A stretch of DNA of 64,000 bases from an uncultured Verrucomicrobiae bacterium (GCA_963702845.1 OY969763.1:640001-704000); one strand, 5' to 3'; counted from the first letter of the stretch, positions 1 to 10,665 are shown. Notes: generated from the letters alone by a model not told the origin. Program-made: numbers and translations.

Positions 1-912
1 ACTGTTTTGTATAGCCCCGACAGCTTGGTCGGGATGCGTTGACGAAAATTCTTTTCGGAGCAGGGGTAGAGTTCGGTTTCCGAATGCGAGTAGTAATCCA
101 AACCAAGCACATCAATGTGAGCCGGGTTTTGTAAAAACCAGCGCAGGTCAAATTGCGATAAACCGTGCTTTTGCAACCAACCCCACAGCTCGTGTTCCTG
201 GTCGATCTTGCCCGTCACTAAATCAAGGACGACATGGCGGCGATGCAGGCGCAGTTTTAAGTCTTCTTGCAGTTGCTGCATCAACTCGGGCCCAGCCATC
301 TCGGCGGCTTTTGCTTCAATTGTCGGGTGCTCAAGCGCATCGCAGAGAACAATTTCGGTTTGTGGCGAGAACCGGCGCAACATGCGAATGGAGCGGCTCA
401 GGCCTTGGGCGACTCGTGATAGGACATGTACGTAAGATTCTCGTCCCCGACCATGTGGCGGCCAAAGTCCAATATCGGCCGAGAATAAGCAGGTGATTAG
501 CGGCTCGTTGACCGGGCAGACAGAATGGATAGTATTGCGATACTGAGTTCGCGAAAGCTTCCGTGTAGCTCTCCAATGCGTGTGGAAACTCCACGTCGCC
601 AAAAGCTTCCGGCAGCCATGTGGGTGTTCCAAAATGAACTAAATCGAGAATGAGATTGAATCCAAGCTCCTTGGCGTAACCAAGGCGATCATCGCTCCAC
701 GACCAGTCGAACTGGTTGCGAGAGGGCTCAACGAGGTGCCAGGGCAGGGAATACCGCATCCATTTGCAGCCCAACTCATGAGCGGCCCTCTTGAAATCGT
801 CTTTCCAGAATTTGTCGTGCTGAGTCCACTGAAACTGGTCTATTCCAAGATGAGGGATGCAAGAACTCTCTATACCGACTGTCCATCGGAATTCCTTATG
901 CTCTCTTCCCAT
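1..912 (-). CDS. GH1-like (clan GH-A) glycoside hydrolase; one frameshift near 545; runs off the left edge
   Basis: RYSLPWHLVEP..FDWSWSD and LDLVHFGTPTWL; the shifted frame continues VCPVNEPL (acid/base motif) and DVLGLDYYSH. Confidence 0.75.
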
Positions 913-1149
913 CCTTGGTTAACCTATCAATGGCCTGTGTCTCCTCAATGGGGGGAGTGCCGGATATTTTTGTAATGGAAGCAAGGTCGAGGTCGGGAGC
1001 GCGAAACGACTGGCCGACGTTCCTTAACGCAGCTTAAAACCTGACGCTCGTCAACCAACGGTCAGGCTTTTCCCTATTGCAAATGGCCCCCCGTTCAGGT
1101 TGATTGAACGCCGTACCTATTGTGTGTCAAACACCAGGAATTCAAAATT

Positions 1150-1497
1150 ATGAAAATGCTTAAAACATTGATCGCCACTGTCTCCGCCATTGCCGTCCTC
1201 GGCATGGTCACCACTAGCTTTGCCGCCGAAAAGGCCACCAAAGAAAAGACCATCTCGGGTACCGCCAAGTGCGCCAAATGCTCCTTGAAGGAATCCGATA
1301 AGTGCCAAACCGTCATTGAAAAGGCCGGCAAAAACGGCAAGACCACCAAGATCTACTTGGAAGACAATGACGTGGCCAAGAACTTCCATGAACAAATCTG
1401 CAAAGAAGCCGAAGGCAAGAAGGTCAAAGCCACCGGCACGACCGTGAAGACGGACGGCAAGATGGTCATGACCGCCAGCAAGATCGAAGCGGAATAG
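1150..1497 (+). CDS. Small secreted Lys-rich protein (DUF6370-like) with CxxC plus further Cys/His
   Basis: Signal peptide; TISGTAKCAKCSLK..KCQ..FHEQIC; followed by a terminator. Confidence 0.75.
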   Translation: MKMLKTLIATVSAIAVLGMVTTSFAAEKATKEKTISGTAKCAKCSLKESDKCQTVIEKAGKNGKTTKIYLEDNDVAKNFHEQICKEAEGKKVKATGTTVKTDGKMVMTASKIEAE

Positions 1498-1522
1498 CCG
1501 TTTCTGCAGAAGATTTATCGCG

Positions 1523-1553
1523 AGAGCCGACCTTAATGGTCGGCTCTTTTTTT
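1523..1553 (+). terminator. Intrinsic terminator
   Basis: AGAGCCGACC-ttaat-GGTCGGCTCT followed by a T run. Confidence 0.85.
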
Positions 1554-1557
1554 GTAA

Positions 1558-2658
1558 TTAGTCCAAGGACTTGGGCTCGAGCCTGATGAAGCTGATGAGA
1601 TGGTATTTCTCCCGCTCGAACAGAACCCCCGCGCTTTTGTCTTTTAACAGTATAATACTGGAGTAAGCAGCCGGACCTTCGTAGAGCATGTGCTCGGGCC
1701 CAAACGATTCGCATTCGTCGTAACTGACTCGCGCGACGAGGTTGCTTCGACCCGGACCGCGCGGGCCGGTCCACAGGATTCGGTTTTTATTGTCGCCAGC
1801 GGATTCCAACGTCCAACGTTTGATAGCGCAGCAGACGGGCGACACCTCAAGGCCGGGGCGGCGCTTCGACCATGTTTTTCCACCGTCACTGCTCGTGCTA
1901 AACCAACGATGCGAGCCTTTCCCTCCTTGCCGCGTGTCCATCAGAACGCGGCCGTCGGCGAGTTCGACGAGCTGGCTTTCATCGCCGCCACTTTCATCTC
2001 CCGGCACAAAACCACCTCGTTGCCATGTCTTCCCGTGGTCTTCACTGAAGATGGCGAAGTTCTGCCACGGCAGTACCTTCCACGCGGATGCAATCAACCG
2101 GCCCTTGCGATCCTGGATGACTCCGGCGGGACCTACGACGGTGCTTTTCCAGTTCGTATCACTGAGATTGCGACTGACGCTCGTCAGGTCGATACGATCC
2201 GACCACGTCTCGCCGTTGTCATCGCTCCAACGGGCGGCGAGTTGCGTGTCATCAGTTCCAGGGCGGGAAGTCTTCACTGCGCTCCGGCCCGGTTTGCCAC
2301 GTAGATACAACAGCCAGACGCGTTTGGTGTCGTGATCAAAGATTGGTGCGGGATTGCCGGCTGACCATAACTCGCCGGGGGCTTCAATGACTTTAAGAGT
2401 CGACCACGACGCTCCGTTGTTCGTGCTGCGCTTCATGACCAGATCGACGGTTTGTTTCGGAAAGCCAGGATCCGCCATGTTGTTCTTACGGCCTTCAGCG
2501 AAGGCGAGGAGCGAACCATCCGCGGCCGTTTCAATCGCAGGAATGCGGTAACCAAAATAGCCGTCCGTTCCTGAAACAAAAAGATCAACGGGTTTAGGCG
2601 CGGCGTCAATTGAGGCGCATGCGAGGATTGCCAGGAACGCGGTTATCAATTTGTGCAT
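1558..2658 (-). CDS. Secreted sialidase-family (GH33) protein
   Basis: YRIP motif; Asp-boxes STNNGASW, SDDNGETW, SEDHGKTW, SSDGGKTW; signal peptide. Confidence 0.9.
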   Translation of the reverse strand: MHKLITAFLAILACASIDAAPKPVDLFVSGTDGYFGYRIPAIETAADGSLLAFAEGRKNNMADPGFPKQTVDLVMKRSTNNGASWSTLKVIEAPGELWSAGNPAPIFDHDTKRVWLLYLRGKPGRSAVKTSRPGTDDTQLAARWSDDNGETWSDRIDLTSVSRNLSDTNWKSTVVGPAGVIQDRKGRLIASAWKVLPWQNFAIFSEDHGKTWQRGGFVPGDESGGDESQLVELADGRVLMDTRQGGKGSHRWFSTSSDGGKTWSKRRPGLEVSPVCCAIKRWTLESAGDNKNRILWTGPRGPGRSNLVARVSYDECESFGPEHMLYEGPAAYSSIILLKDKSAGVLFEREKYHLISFIRLEPKSLD

Positions 2659-2686
2659 CGCACTGGTTCTGCCGGTTGCGTCGGTT

Positions 2687-2714
2687 TTGACAAGGTATTT
2701 TTTCCTGACAAAGT
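2687..2714 (+). promoter_or_regulatory. Sigma70-type promoter, probably leaderless
   Basis: TTGACA-16 nt-CAAAGT, then 6 nt to ATG 2721. Confidence 0.55.
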
Positions 2715-2720
2715 GTGTGA

Positions 2721-3740
2721 ATGAAGTTGCAGCGTCTTCTTAACGGTCTCGTCTTATTCGCGTTTGTTGCCAAAACGACCTTTGCTTTTTCGGAAGATAA
2801 AGCTGCGAAGTACCAGCCGGGCAAAGGTCATTACGAGGTTGCGACCGTACGACTCGAGTGGTACGACGAGAAGCGTAACCGCGACGTTCCCGTTAAAATC
2901 TACTATCCGAAAAATGCTCCAAGACCTGTGCCTCTGATTATTTTTTCTCACGGCTTAGGTGGTTCGCGCGATGGCTACAGCTATTTGGGCAACGAATGGG
3001 CCAGTCAGGGCTATGTTTCTGCGCACGTCCAACACCTTGGAAGCGACACGGCCGTTTTGGAAACCGCGATGACCGGTGGTTTGCAGGAAGCGATGAAACC
3101 GTACGCTGCCAGCAATCGTGTCATCGACGTGTTTTACGCGATAAACGAACTCGAACGAATGAACTCTCAGCCCGGGCCGCTCCACGGCAAAATCGATATC
3201 AATCGCATCGGCGTCGCCGGACATTCATACGGAGCCTGGACCACGCTGGTAGTCGGTGGCGAAGTGATCATAAAAGACGGCCAGCGCGTAAATGTCCAAT
3301 CGCGCAACCACGATTCCCGAATCAAGGCGCTCATTCCGATGAGTGCGCCCGTGCCGGAAAAAACCAGCTTGGACGAAGTGTTTTCGGAAATCAATTTGCC
3401 GTGCTTTCACATGACCGGCACGCTCGACGACAGCCCTATTGCCGACACAAAAGCCGCCGACCGCCGCGTCCCTTTTGATCACATGACCGGTAAAGTGGCC
3501 GACGAATTTCTGCTCACGTTCAAAGGCGGTGATCACATGGTCTTCTCCGGCAGATTGTCACAACGCAGCCCCCGCGCTGAAAGCGATCACATTTTCCAGA
3601 AGTACATCAAAGAAGGCTCAACCGCCTTCTGGGACGCCTACTTGAAAGGTGACCACGCCGCGAAAATCTGGCTGTCAGGCGGCGCTTTCAAAAAAGACCT
3701 CGATGGCGAAGGCACTTTCGAAATGAAATTCGCCAAGTAG
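2721..3740 (+). CDS. Secreted alpha/beta hydrolase (dienelactone hydrolase/PAF-AH-like)
   Basis: FSHGLGG, GHSYGA nucleophile elbow, TGTLD, GGDH. Confidence 0.85.
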   Translation: MKLQRLLNGLVLFAFVAKTTFAFSEDKAAKYQPGKGHYEVATVRLEWYDEKRNRDVPVKIYYPKNAPRPVPLIIFSHGLGGSRDGYSYLGNEWASQGYVSAHVQHLGSDTAVLETAMTGGLQEAMKPYAASNRVIDVFYAINELERMNSQPGPLHGKIDINRIGVAGHSYGAWTTLVVGGEVIIKDGQRVNVQSRNHDSRIKALIPMSAPVPEKTSLDEVFSEINLPCFHMTGTLDDSPIADTKAADRRVPFDHMTGKVADEFLLTFKGGDHMVFSGRLSQRSPRAESDHIFQKYIKEGSTAFWDAYLKGDHAAKIWLSGGAFKKDLDGEGTFEMKFAK

Positions 3741-3744
3741 ATCG

Positions 3745-4252
3745 TCATTGGATGTTTGACCGAGCGCGCAACGCAGCGACTGTCTCAAGTTCGTTGACGT
3801 ATTTGCGGCAGAGCAGGAGCGGAATCGCGCCGATTACGCCAAACGAGCAATCGATCACGCGCCAGAACAACGGAATGCCTCGCACCGCGCCAAACACAAA
3901 TGCGTAAGGAATTACCAGCGCACACGCGATTAATCCGAACGTGAACAGCCATTTGTTGGGGACCGGCTCGCGTAATGCCCCCACGAACACCAGCGCGATC
4001 ATAAAATGTCCGAACGCCAACCAATCGGTTCCGTAGAACAGAAACGGGTGCGTTGAACCGAACGTCGTCGAGTGCTTGTTCGACCTTCAGAAGCCATTGC
4101 GCCATAAGGCAATTCTGATTTCCAAAGTGCTCCGATAACAGACGCACCTCAGACTGTAATGGAATGGCCGTCACACCACTGACGAAAAGGCCAACGATGA
4201 ACAGCCAGACCAACATGCGGATGCGTTGATGGAGGATTTCGTCTCGCGACAT
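3745..4252 (-). CDS. Uncharacterised membrane protein; frameshift near 4045
   Basis: Two hydrophobic ORF pieces (LFVSGVTAIPL..; YGTDWLAFGHFMIALVF..WRVIDCSFGV) join into one gene. Confidence 0.7.
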
Positions 4253-4255
4253 AAC

Positions 4256-5014
4256 TCAGTCTTTCGTCAGTCCAAGATTTTCAGCCCAGTGACTCAGGAA
4301 GAATTGCTTCGTTTCAGGGAAGAAATGATCGGACTTGCCGACGATTGGTCGAAGCGCCGTCGTCATTTGCAACGCAACCAGCAGAAAAATCGCGCCCCAC
4401 AAAACGAGCATGCCGTTAGGACCCGCTTTGAGTTGAGAAAAGCCGCGCGTAAGAAAGCGCAGCCCAAAAACCGTCGCCACGAGCCAAAACAGTAAATGCA
4501 GCGTTCCCATCGTCGGCACCGATTCTGTTGATTGTGAGAACACCCACGCCACCGGCGCAAAGCCGATCAACAAAATCGTGGTGATCGCGAGCATTCCGGC
4601 AAGCAGGCCGAACACTTCGCCGAGTCGCGCTTGTGAGCCGCTCAAGCAACAGAAGATGTAGAGACTCGGCAGACAAATTAGACCTGACACTAAAAGGCCG
4701 CCAGCGACTTTCACCGGGGAAGCCCACAACTGCATGCCGCCCGAGAATGTTCCGACGATCAATCCGTAAACGAGCGCGCAAAAGACAGCGATCGCAAGTA
4801 GCACGCTAATGATGCCGGCAGTTTTGCCTTGAGAGAGTTGGTAATGGATTCGGCGTGGCTGGCGCAGAATGGCTTCAACAGCAGAGACGATGCCGGTCAC
4901 CGATTGACGATCGCTTGGATTTTCGCCGAGCGGTAAAGTTGCCTGCGGCGGAGTGCCTCCCGACAAAAAAGGTGGCGCATTCTGTGAGATGGGCGGGATT
5001 TGTTGATCACTCAT
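4256..5014 (-). CDS. Multi-pass membrane protein, paralog of 5033..5748
   Basis: About 5 TM segments; SPVKV..LICLPSLY; LQMTTALRPIVG. Confidence 0.8.
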   Translation of the reverse strand: MSDQQIPPISQNAPPFLSGGTPPQATLPLGENPSDRQSVTGIVSAVEAILRQPRRIHYQLSQGKTAGIISVLLAIAVFCALVYGLIVGTFSGGMQLWASPVKVAGGLLVSGLICLPSLYIFCCLSGSQARLGEVFGLLAGMLAITTILLIGFAPVAWVFSQSTESVPTMGTLHLLFWLVATVFGLRFLTRGFSQLKAGPNGMLVLWGAIFLLVALQMTTALRPIVGKSDHFFPETKQFFLSHWAENLGLTKD

Positions 5015-5032
5015 AATTTGTTTTTGTTTGGA

Positions 5033-5748
5033 TTAAGGAAAAATCAGTGTTTTGAACGCGTAATAGAGAGCTTCGTAAAATGTCCTGTGAAAGGCCTCGC
5101 CACGGATGAACTCGACCGGCAACCCCGGTGAACCGATAAACGGGCGCAAGATCCATGAGAGTTGCGCGCCTAAAAACAAATTAACCGTCAGCCAGGCGAA
5201 TAGAATTCTTCGACCAACATTCGCGGTGCTTAAACTTTGCAGCAACCGCAACAAACGCAGGTTTGCCGTTATGCCGGCGAACGCAATCACGGTGACCAGC
5301 ACAATCATGATGAAGCTGTAAACCAGCAACGTGCTTGCGGAGTGGTTGGAAAGTGGCGGCACGTTCCACACCAAAAACGCAATGATCGGACTGAATCCGC
5401 CGAGAATAAATGCGGCGATGGTGAAGCTCATTAAGATCGCGAGTAAGCGACTGTCGGAAATTGATATTCAATCCGAGCAAAGGCGCGAGCATCCCGTTGA
5501 GCAGCGCATTGCCAACTGCAGTGAGCAACAACACCATCGGCAGTTTGATCCCTGAGTAGAGTGCTTGTAGAGGGTTGTGCCACGAACCGATGGCTGCTCC
5601 GAACAGTCCGCAGCCGACCACGATTGTCGCGACACAGCTAACGATTCGGGGAAGCGTCCCGCGAAGGTCCAATCCGCCAGCACAGTCAGTCGCCACGCAA
5701 AAGCGCCCCCGTCTGGCTGATACCTGCCATGTCGTCGTTGGCGTTCAT
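5033..5748 (-). CDS. Multi-pass membrane protein with frameshifts near 5690 and 5440
   Basis: MNANDDMAGISQTGALLRGD, then SGIKLPMVLLL, then AQLSWILRPFIG in successive frames. Confidence 0.7.
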
Positions 5749-5778
5749 GGCGCAATGGCATTGTGCGCGCACTGCCGG

Positions 5779-6636
5779 TCACCAGTCAATTGACGGTTCG
5801 ACTTGCCGGTGTGGTATCCATTGTTCGATGGCGTCGATCGTTTGATCCGGTGTCGAAGTGCCGGCCGTGATGCCAATGGTTTCGGCGCATCGAACCATCT
5901 TGAAATGCAAATCGTCGGCAGATTGGACATGATAAATGCGCGAGCAATGTTTGCTACACGTCTCGACCAATTGGCGCGTGTTATTGCTGTGCGTCTCCGC
6001 CGATCACGAATCACGACATCGGCTTGTTTGGCGAGATCTATTGCTGCATATTGCCGGAGTTTCGTTGGCTGACAAACCGTGTCGATGAAGCGGACTTCTG
6101 ATTTCGGAAAATGGTTTTGGATACAGCGCACGAGATGACTGACACGTTCAATCGGTTGAGTTGTTTGCGAGGCGATGCCAAAGCGCGGATGTTCCGTCAG
6201 TCGTTGAATGTCGCGATTCATCCAACACAACGTCGAAGGTGGCCAGATCTTCAGTCATGCCGCGGACTTCGACGTGGTCGCGTTTGCCGATAATAATTGG
6301 ATGATAGCCTTGATCGACAAGCTGTCGGACCGACCGATGCGCGTAGTGAACCAAGGGGCAGGTGGCTTCGGAAATATTCAATCCTTGTTTGCGCACGCTT
6401 TCGAATGTTTTCTTGGAAGCGCCATGCGCGGTAATCATCACGTTTGATGTTTTGACCTGGTCCAGTTTCTGCGCAATGCGAATGCCTTGTGCACGTAAAT
6501 CCGCGAGCACGTTTTCGTTATGGACCAGGTCACCAAGAATCGTCAGTGGTTGTTCCTGCGCCTTTGTTTCGGCGAGTTCGATGGCGTCTCGCACGCCGAA
6601 GCACATTCCTAAATGAGTTGCACGAATGATTTTCAT
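5779..6636 (-). CDS. ispH: 4-hydroxy-3-methylbut-2-enyl diphosphate reductase; several frameshifts, 3' end approximate
   Basis: GMCFGVRDA, LVHN, ITAHG, ATCPLVH, DHVEV, SQTTQ, DTVCQPT, GITAGTSTPD across frames. Confidence 0.9.
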
Positions 6637-6643
6637 TTCAGTT

Positions 6644-6667
6644 GGTAGGGCGCGTCGCTCCGCGCGC
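6644..6667 (+). repeat. REP-like GTAG hairpin, copy 1
   Basis: GGTAGGGCGCGTCGCTCCGCGCGC; 23/24 identical to the reverse complement of 47950..47973. Confidence 0.7.
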
Positions 6668-6694
6668 ATCAGTTTTTAATGATTCGAACCCAAA

Positions 6695-6711
6695 ACTTTG
6701 TATTGCAAAGT
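6695..6711. promoter_or_regulatory. Palindromic operator upstream of the ispH operon
   Basis: ACTTTGTATTGCAAAGT; 16/17 identical to 7693..7709. Confidence 0.8.
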
Positions 6712-6750
6712 AAGACTGCAGGTTTGTTAAACTGTTCAATTTTATTTCTC

Positions 6751-7062
6751 CTATTTTGTGTCTTTTGCCTGGCGAACGATCTGTTCGAGCAGGTCGATGT
6801 AGGCGCCGAAAGCTTTGCGACCTGCGGGAGTTAAAGAGAAAGTCGTCAGTGGACGCCGATTTTGGAAAGTTTTCGTGACCGAAACAAAACCCGCCTCCTG
6901 AAAGATCTTGATATGCACGCTGAGATTGCCGTCGGTCATGTTCAGCTGTTCGCGCAACTCGGTAAACGACAACTCAGGCGAGGCGGCCAGTAGCGACATA
7001 ATCGGCAGCCGGCCTTTCTCGTGAATGACGCGGTCGAGTTGTAGGAACGGCTTCGGGTTCAC
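6751..7062 (-). CDS. Winged-helix transcriptional regulator (HTH_34, MarR/ArsR-like)
   Basis: LDRVIHEKGRLPIMSLL..LSFTELREQLNMTDGNLSVH..LTPAGRKAF; GTG start overlaps the upstream TGA. Confidence 0.9.
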   Translation of the reverse strand: MNPKPFLQLDRVIHEKGRLPIMSLLAASPELSFTELREQLNMTDGNLSVHIKIFQEAGFVSVTKTFQNRRPLTTFSLTPAGRKAFGAYIDLLEQIVRQAKDTK

Positions 7063-7685
7063 GCGCTGTTCCTGCGATTTTCCGTGAAATACAAATAAAT
7101 CCCGTAAGCGAGATGCGCGCCGCCAAAGCAAACGCCCATCGCCCAATTCGCCGCGTCAATCAGCGGACGCTCGGGAAGGCGCAGCACGATCAAAGCCATC
7201 GCACATCCGCCAAGAATAAATCCCCAGCCAAATAACTTGATTCCGCGCGGCATAAAGAAACCAGCTGAGTGAAGAGCGCATCCGTAAAGAACCATCCACC
7301 CGGGGACGAGCAACCAGATTGGCAACAGGTTATCAGTGTGAAATGCAAGAAACGGCACTCCTGCGACAAAGCCCGAAAATAGCGGCGGAGCAAGTGCCTG
7401 CGCCACTCGCCGTGTCGGCGAAGACCATAACGGTTCAGAGTCCTTCATCGCCTGACGACGGACGAGTACAAAAGCCTCAATCAAACAAACAACACTGACC
7501 GTCAGCCAGAAGACAACAAACGCCCGTGGACTCTCCAAATTTAACCCGCGTGCGACCACTGCGGCAACAAGGCCGGAGACGCCAATGGAAACAGTGAGCG
7601 GCGCCAGGCCCCGGCGATAAAGCGCCGAGCGTTCCATCAAAGTGCGGATGATCTGAAGATTTTCAGAGGCCCAGTCGTTTTGCAT
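7059..7685 (-). CDS. Membrane protein coupled to the regulator (possible sensor)
   Basis: ASENLQIIRTLMERS N-terminus, about 6 TM segments, HLAYGIYLY C-terminus. Confidence 0.8.
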   Translation of the reverse strand: MQNDWASENLQIIRTLMERSALYRRGLAPLTVSIGVSGLVAAVVARGLNLESPRAFVVFWLTVSVVCLIEAFVLVRRQAMKDSEPLWSSPTRRVAQALAPPLFSGFVAGVPFLAFHTDNLLPIWLLVPGWMVLYGCALHSAGFFMPRGIKLFGWGFILGGCAMALIVLRLPERPLIDAANWAMGVCFGGAHLAYGIYLYFTENRRNSA

Positions 7686-7692
7686 GCGAGTA

Positions 7693-7721
7693 ACTTTGTA
7701 TTACAAAGTAAATAGTGTCAA
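7693..7721 (-). promoter_or_regulatory. Leaderless sigma70 promoter overlapped by a palindromic operator
   Basis: TTGACA (7721-7716), 17 nt, CAAAGT (7698-7693), 7 nt, ATG; operator ACTTTGTATTACAAAGT at 7693..7709. Confidence 0.8.
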
Positions 7722-7832
7722 GCTTAATAGACCGCCTCCATCGCCGATTCCAATCGGCACGCGTCAGGTTTACAAGCCGCCGTCCGGACGCCTTCCTTGC
7801 CATGCCCGTCGACAATGAATACCCTGTCCCGA

Positions 7833-8939
7833 ATGCGTCTGCTCGACCGCTATTTGCTGCGCGAATTGCTTGTCCCATTGGGATATTGCCTCGCCGGCTT
7901 TTTGATTTTTTATAGCGCGTTCGACCTCATTTTCGCGTTGGAGAGCCTGCAAAAGCTGAAGCTCCATTTCGGCGATTACCTCGAGTATTACATGTGGACG
8001 TTGCCCGAAATGGTCGTGACCGTAATGCCGATCGGTCTACTACTGGCATTGCTCTACGCTTTGACCAATCTCGCGCGCTACAACGAACTGACCGCTATGC
8101 GCGCCGCTGGAATCGCCCTCTGGCGGTTGATGTTGCCCTATATGACCGTTGGGCTGGCGATTGGGTGTCTGGTCCTGGTGGTAAATGAATTGTGGGTGCC
8201 GCAGTCGATCATGCGCGCGGAGGAAATCAAACTCAGGCGAACATCGCCGGTCCAGAACCGCATCTGGCACGGCCCGTTGAAATTCCGCAATGAAACGGAG
8301 AACCGCTCATGGGACGTGAAGGACTTCAATCTCAAGACGTCCGAAGTGTTACGGCCATCGATCGCCTGGGAGAGCCTGGACGGTGCGCATCATGATTTGT
8401 TCGCTGAAAGCGGGGTTTTCTCAAACGGTGTTTGGAACTTCTACAAAGTGCAACAGTGGGACACGCCGCCCGGCGCGCGTTTTGCCACGCCGATCAGTAA
8501 CGCCGTCTTTGAAGCGAAGTTCGTCGAGACACCGGAGCTCATTAAGAGCGATATCAAAATCAACAGCTTGAAATTAGACCAGGCAGCCAAGCGCCCGCAG
8601 CTTTCCATCAATGAGATTCGAAACTACGAACGTTTGCACCCGCGCGTGCAGCGCGATCGTCGTGCGATGCTCGAAGCGCAGTTACAAGGCCGTTACGCCG
8701 AGCCGGTCAAATGTTTGATGGTCGTGTTGATCGCGATTCCATTCGGCGCACGGTCTGGCCGGCGCAACGTGTTTGTCGGCGTCGCGGCGAGCATCTTCAT
8801 TTGTTTTGGATATTTTATTTTGCAAAAAATTTGTCTCGGTCTCGGGACCGCGGACATTCTGCCGGCGGCGTTGAGCGCGTGGCTGCCGAACATCGTGTTC
8901 GGCCTGGCTGGATTAATCATGACGTTAAAGGTGCGATAG
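7833..8939 (+). CDS. LptF/LptG-family LPS export permease
   Basis: MRLLDRYLLRE, NELTAMRAAGI, IAIPFG, AWLPNIVF. Confidence 0.9.
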   Translation: MRLLDRYLLRELLVPLGYCLAGFLIFYSAFDLIFALESLQKLKLHFGDYLEYYMWTLPEMVVTVMPIGLLLALLYALTNLARYNELTAMRAAGIALWRLMLPYMTVGLAIGCLVLVVNELWVPQSIMRAEEIKLRRTSPVQNRIWHGPLKFRNETENRSWDVKDFNLKTSEVLRPSIAWESLDGAHHDLFAESGVFSNGVWNFYKVQQWDTPPGARFATPISNAVFEAKFVETPELIKSDIKINSLKLDQAAKRPQLSINEIRNYERLHPRVQRDRRAMLEAQLQGRYAEPVKCLMVVLIAIPFGARSGRRNVFVGVAASIFICFGYFILQKICLGLGTADILPAALSAWLPNIVFGLAGLIMTLKVR

Positions 8940-8940
8940 C

Positions 8941-10665
8941 ATGGACCCACTTGCCGAATTGCAATTACGTTACGAGCGGCTGCAAGTGCTGTATCAAGTC
9001 AGCAACGTCATCCATTCGACGCTTGAGCCGCAAGCAGCATTGCAGCTCGTCTTGCGAGAAGCTGTCCGCGTAATGCGCGCCACCAGCGGTTCAGTCATGA
9101 TGATCAATCCGACCAGCGGCCTGCTCGAAATTCAGACTTCGACCGGCCTGCCGACCAATGCGCCCGAACTCAGGCTGCGTGTAGGGCAGGGGATCACCGG
9201 TTGGGTGGCACAAACCGGCAAGCCGGCCTGCGTCGGCGACGTTCGCAAAGATCCGCGTTACGTCATGTTGCGTCGCGGGGTCCGCTCGGAATTTGCCGTG
9301 CCGATGGAAGTTCTCGGTGAACTGCGCGGCGTCCTGAATGTCGATTCCGATCGCGCCAACGCGTTCACAATCGCCGACCAGGAATTATTGCAGGAACTCG
9401 CCGTTCAAGCTGCGCGGGTTATTCAGAACACGTGGCTTTACGAGCAGCTTCGGCTGAAGACGCAGTTGTTGGAGACATTGGTGAGTGTAAGCCAAAGTAT
9501 CAACTCCGCGCTGAACGTGAACGAAGCGCTGCAGGTCATCACGCGCGAGTCGTGCAAGTTGATGCAGGCGAAAATGTGTTCGCTGTTGATGATTGATGAT
9601 TCGGGCGAGAACCTGTCTTTGCGCGCGAGTTTTGGAGCCGGTGCGGCTTACATCAACAAACCTGCGCTGAGTCTTGAAGAAAGTTTTGCAGGGATTGTTG
9701 TGCGGCGAAAAAAACCGTTGCAGTTGGACAACGTGCAGACGTCGGCTCGTTATCAGAACACCGAGATTGCGCGGAAGGAAAAATTATTCGCTCTATTGAG
9801 CGCGCCGCTGTTGTTCGGAGGCCAAGCCATTGGCGTGCTCAACGTTTACAAGGACCGGCCATATAACTTTTCCAACGAGGAAATCCACATCCTTTCCGCG
9901 CTGGCCGAGTTGTCGGCCATTGCCATCGAGAAAGCACGGCTCTACGAACGAGTGGTCGACGTGGAGGAGCAGTTGCGGCAAAACGAAAAACTTTCTGCTC
10001 TCGGTTTGCTCGCAGCGGAGGTCGCCCATGAAATTCGCAATCCGCTCACAGTGATGAAGATGTTGTATCACTCGCTCGATTTGCGTTTTCCCGCAGGCGA
10101 CCCGCGCATGAAAGACGACATCATCCTGCGCGAAAAAATGGAGCATCTGAACAAGTTCGTGGAGCAAATCCTCGATTTCGCGCGCAGCACCGAACCGAAG
10201 CTGACTGCAGTGAATTTGAATCAATTGATCGACGACCTCGGCCTGCTTACGCGTCACAAACTGCGCAACCAACAGATCCAGTTCATGCGCAAGCTCGAGC
10301 CCGACATTCCGAACGTCATGGGCGACGCCACGCAATTATCGCAAGCGTTTTTGAACCTGACGTTGAACGCCGTTGAAGCGATGCCTCACGGCGGTACGTT
10401 GACGATTTCCTCCCGTGCCATGCGCACGCCGCGATCGAGCAAAGAACCGCCTCACGTTGTCGTGGAGTTTACCGACACTGGCCACGGCATGTCTCCCGCG
10501 CAACGCGACCGCGCGTTCACCTCGCTCCTGAGCACGACGAAGAAAAAGGGAACAGGTCTCGGCCTGGCCATCGTGGCGCGAGTCGTTGAGACGCACAGCG
10601 GCAAAATCAAAATCCGCAGCACTCCCGGCAAGGGGACGACCGTCAGTATCGCGTTTCCGATTTAG
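8941..10665 (+). CDS. Cytoplasmic GAF-GAF sensor histidine kinase
   Basis: Two GAF domains; [26 protein letters not shown]. Confidence 0.92.
   Translation: MDPLAELQLRYERLQVLYQVSNVIHSTLEPQAALQLVLREAVRVMRATSGSVMMINPTSGLLEIQTSTGLPTNAPELRLRVGQGITGWVAQTGKPACVGDVRKDPRYVMLRRGVRSEFAVPMEVLGELRGVLNVDSDRANAFTIADQELLQELAVQAARVIQNTWLYEQLRLKTQLLETLVSVSQSINSALNVNEALQVITRESCKLMQAKMCSLLMIDDSGENLSLRASFGAGAAYINKPALSLEESFAGIVVRRKKPLQLDNVQTSARYQNTEIARKEKLFALLSAPLLFGGQAIGVLNVYKDRPYNFSNEEIHILSALAELSAIAIEKARLYERVVDVEEQLRQNEKLSALGLLAAEVAHEIRNPLTVMKMLYHSLDLRFPAGDPRMKDDIILREKMEHLNKFVEQILDFARSTEPKLTAVNLNQLIDDLGLLTRHKLRNQQIQFMRKLEPDIPNVMGDATQLSQAFLNLTLNAVEAMPHGGTLTISSRAMRTPRSSKEPPHVVVEFTDTGHGMSPAQRDRAFTSLLSTTKKKGTGLGLAIVARVVETHSGKIKIRSTPGKGTTVSIAFPI

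Noticed and set aside
6678..6692. tRNA T-loop-like GGTTCGAATC on the minus strand
   Set aside because: No T-stem closure, cloverleaf or acceptor stem.
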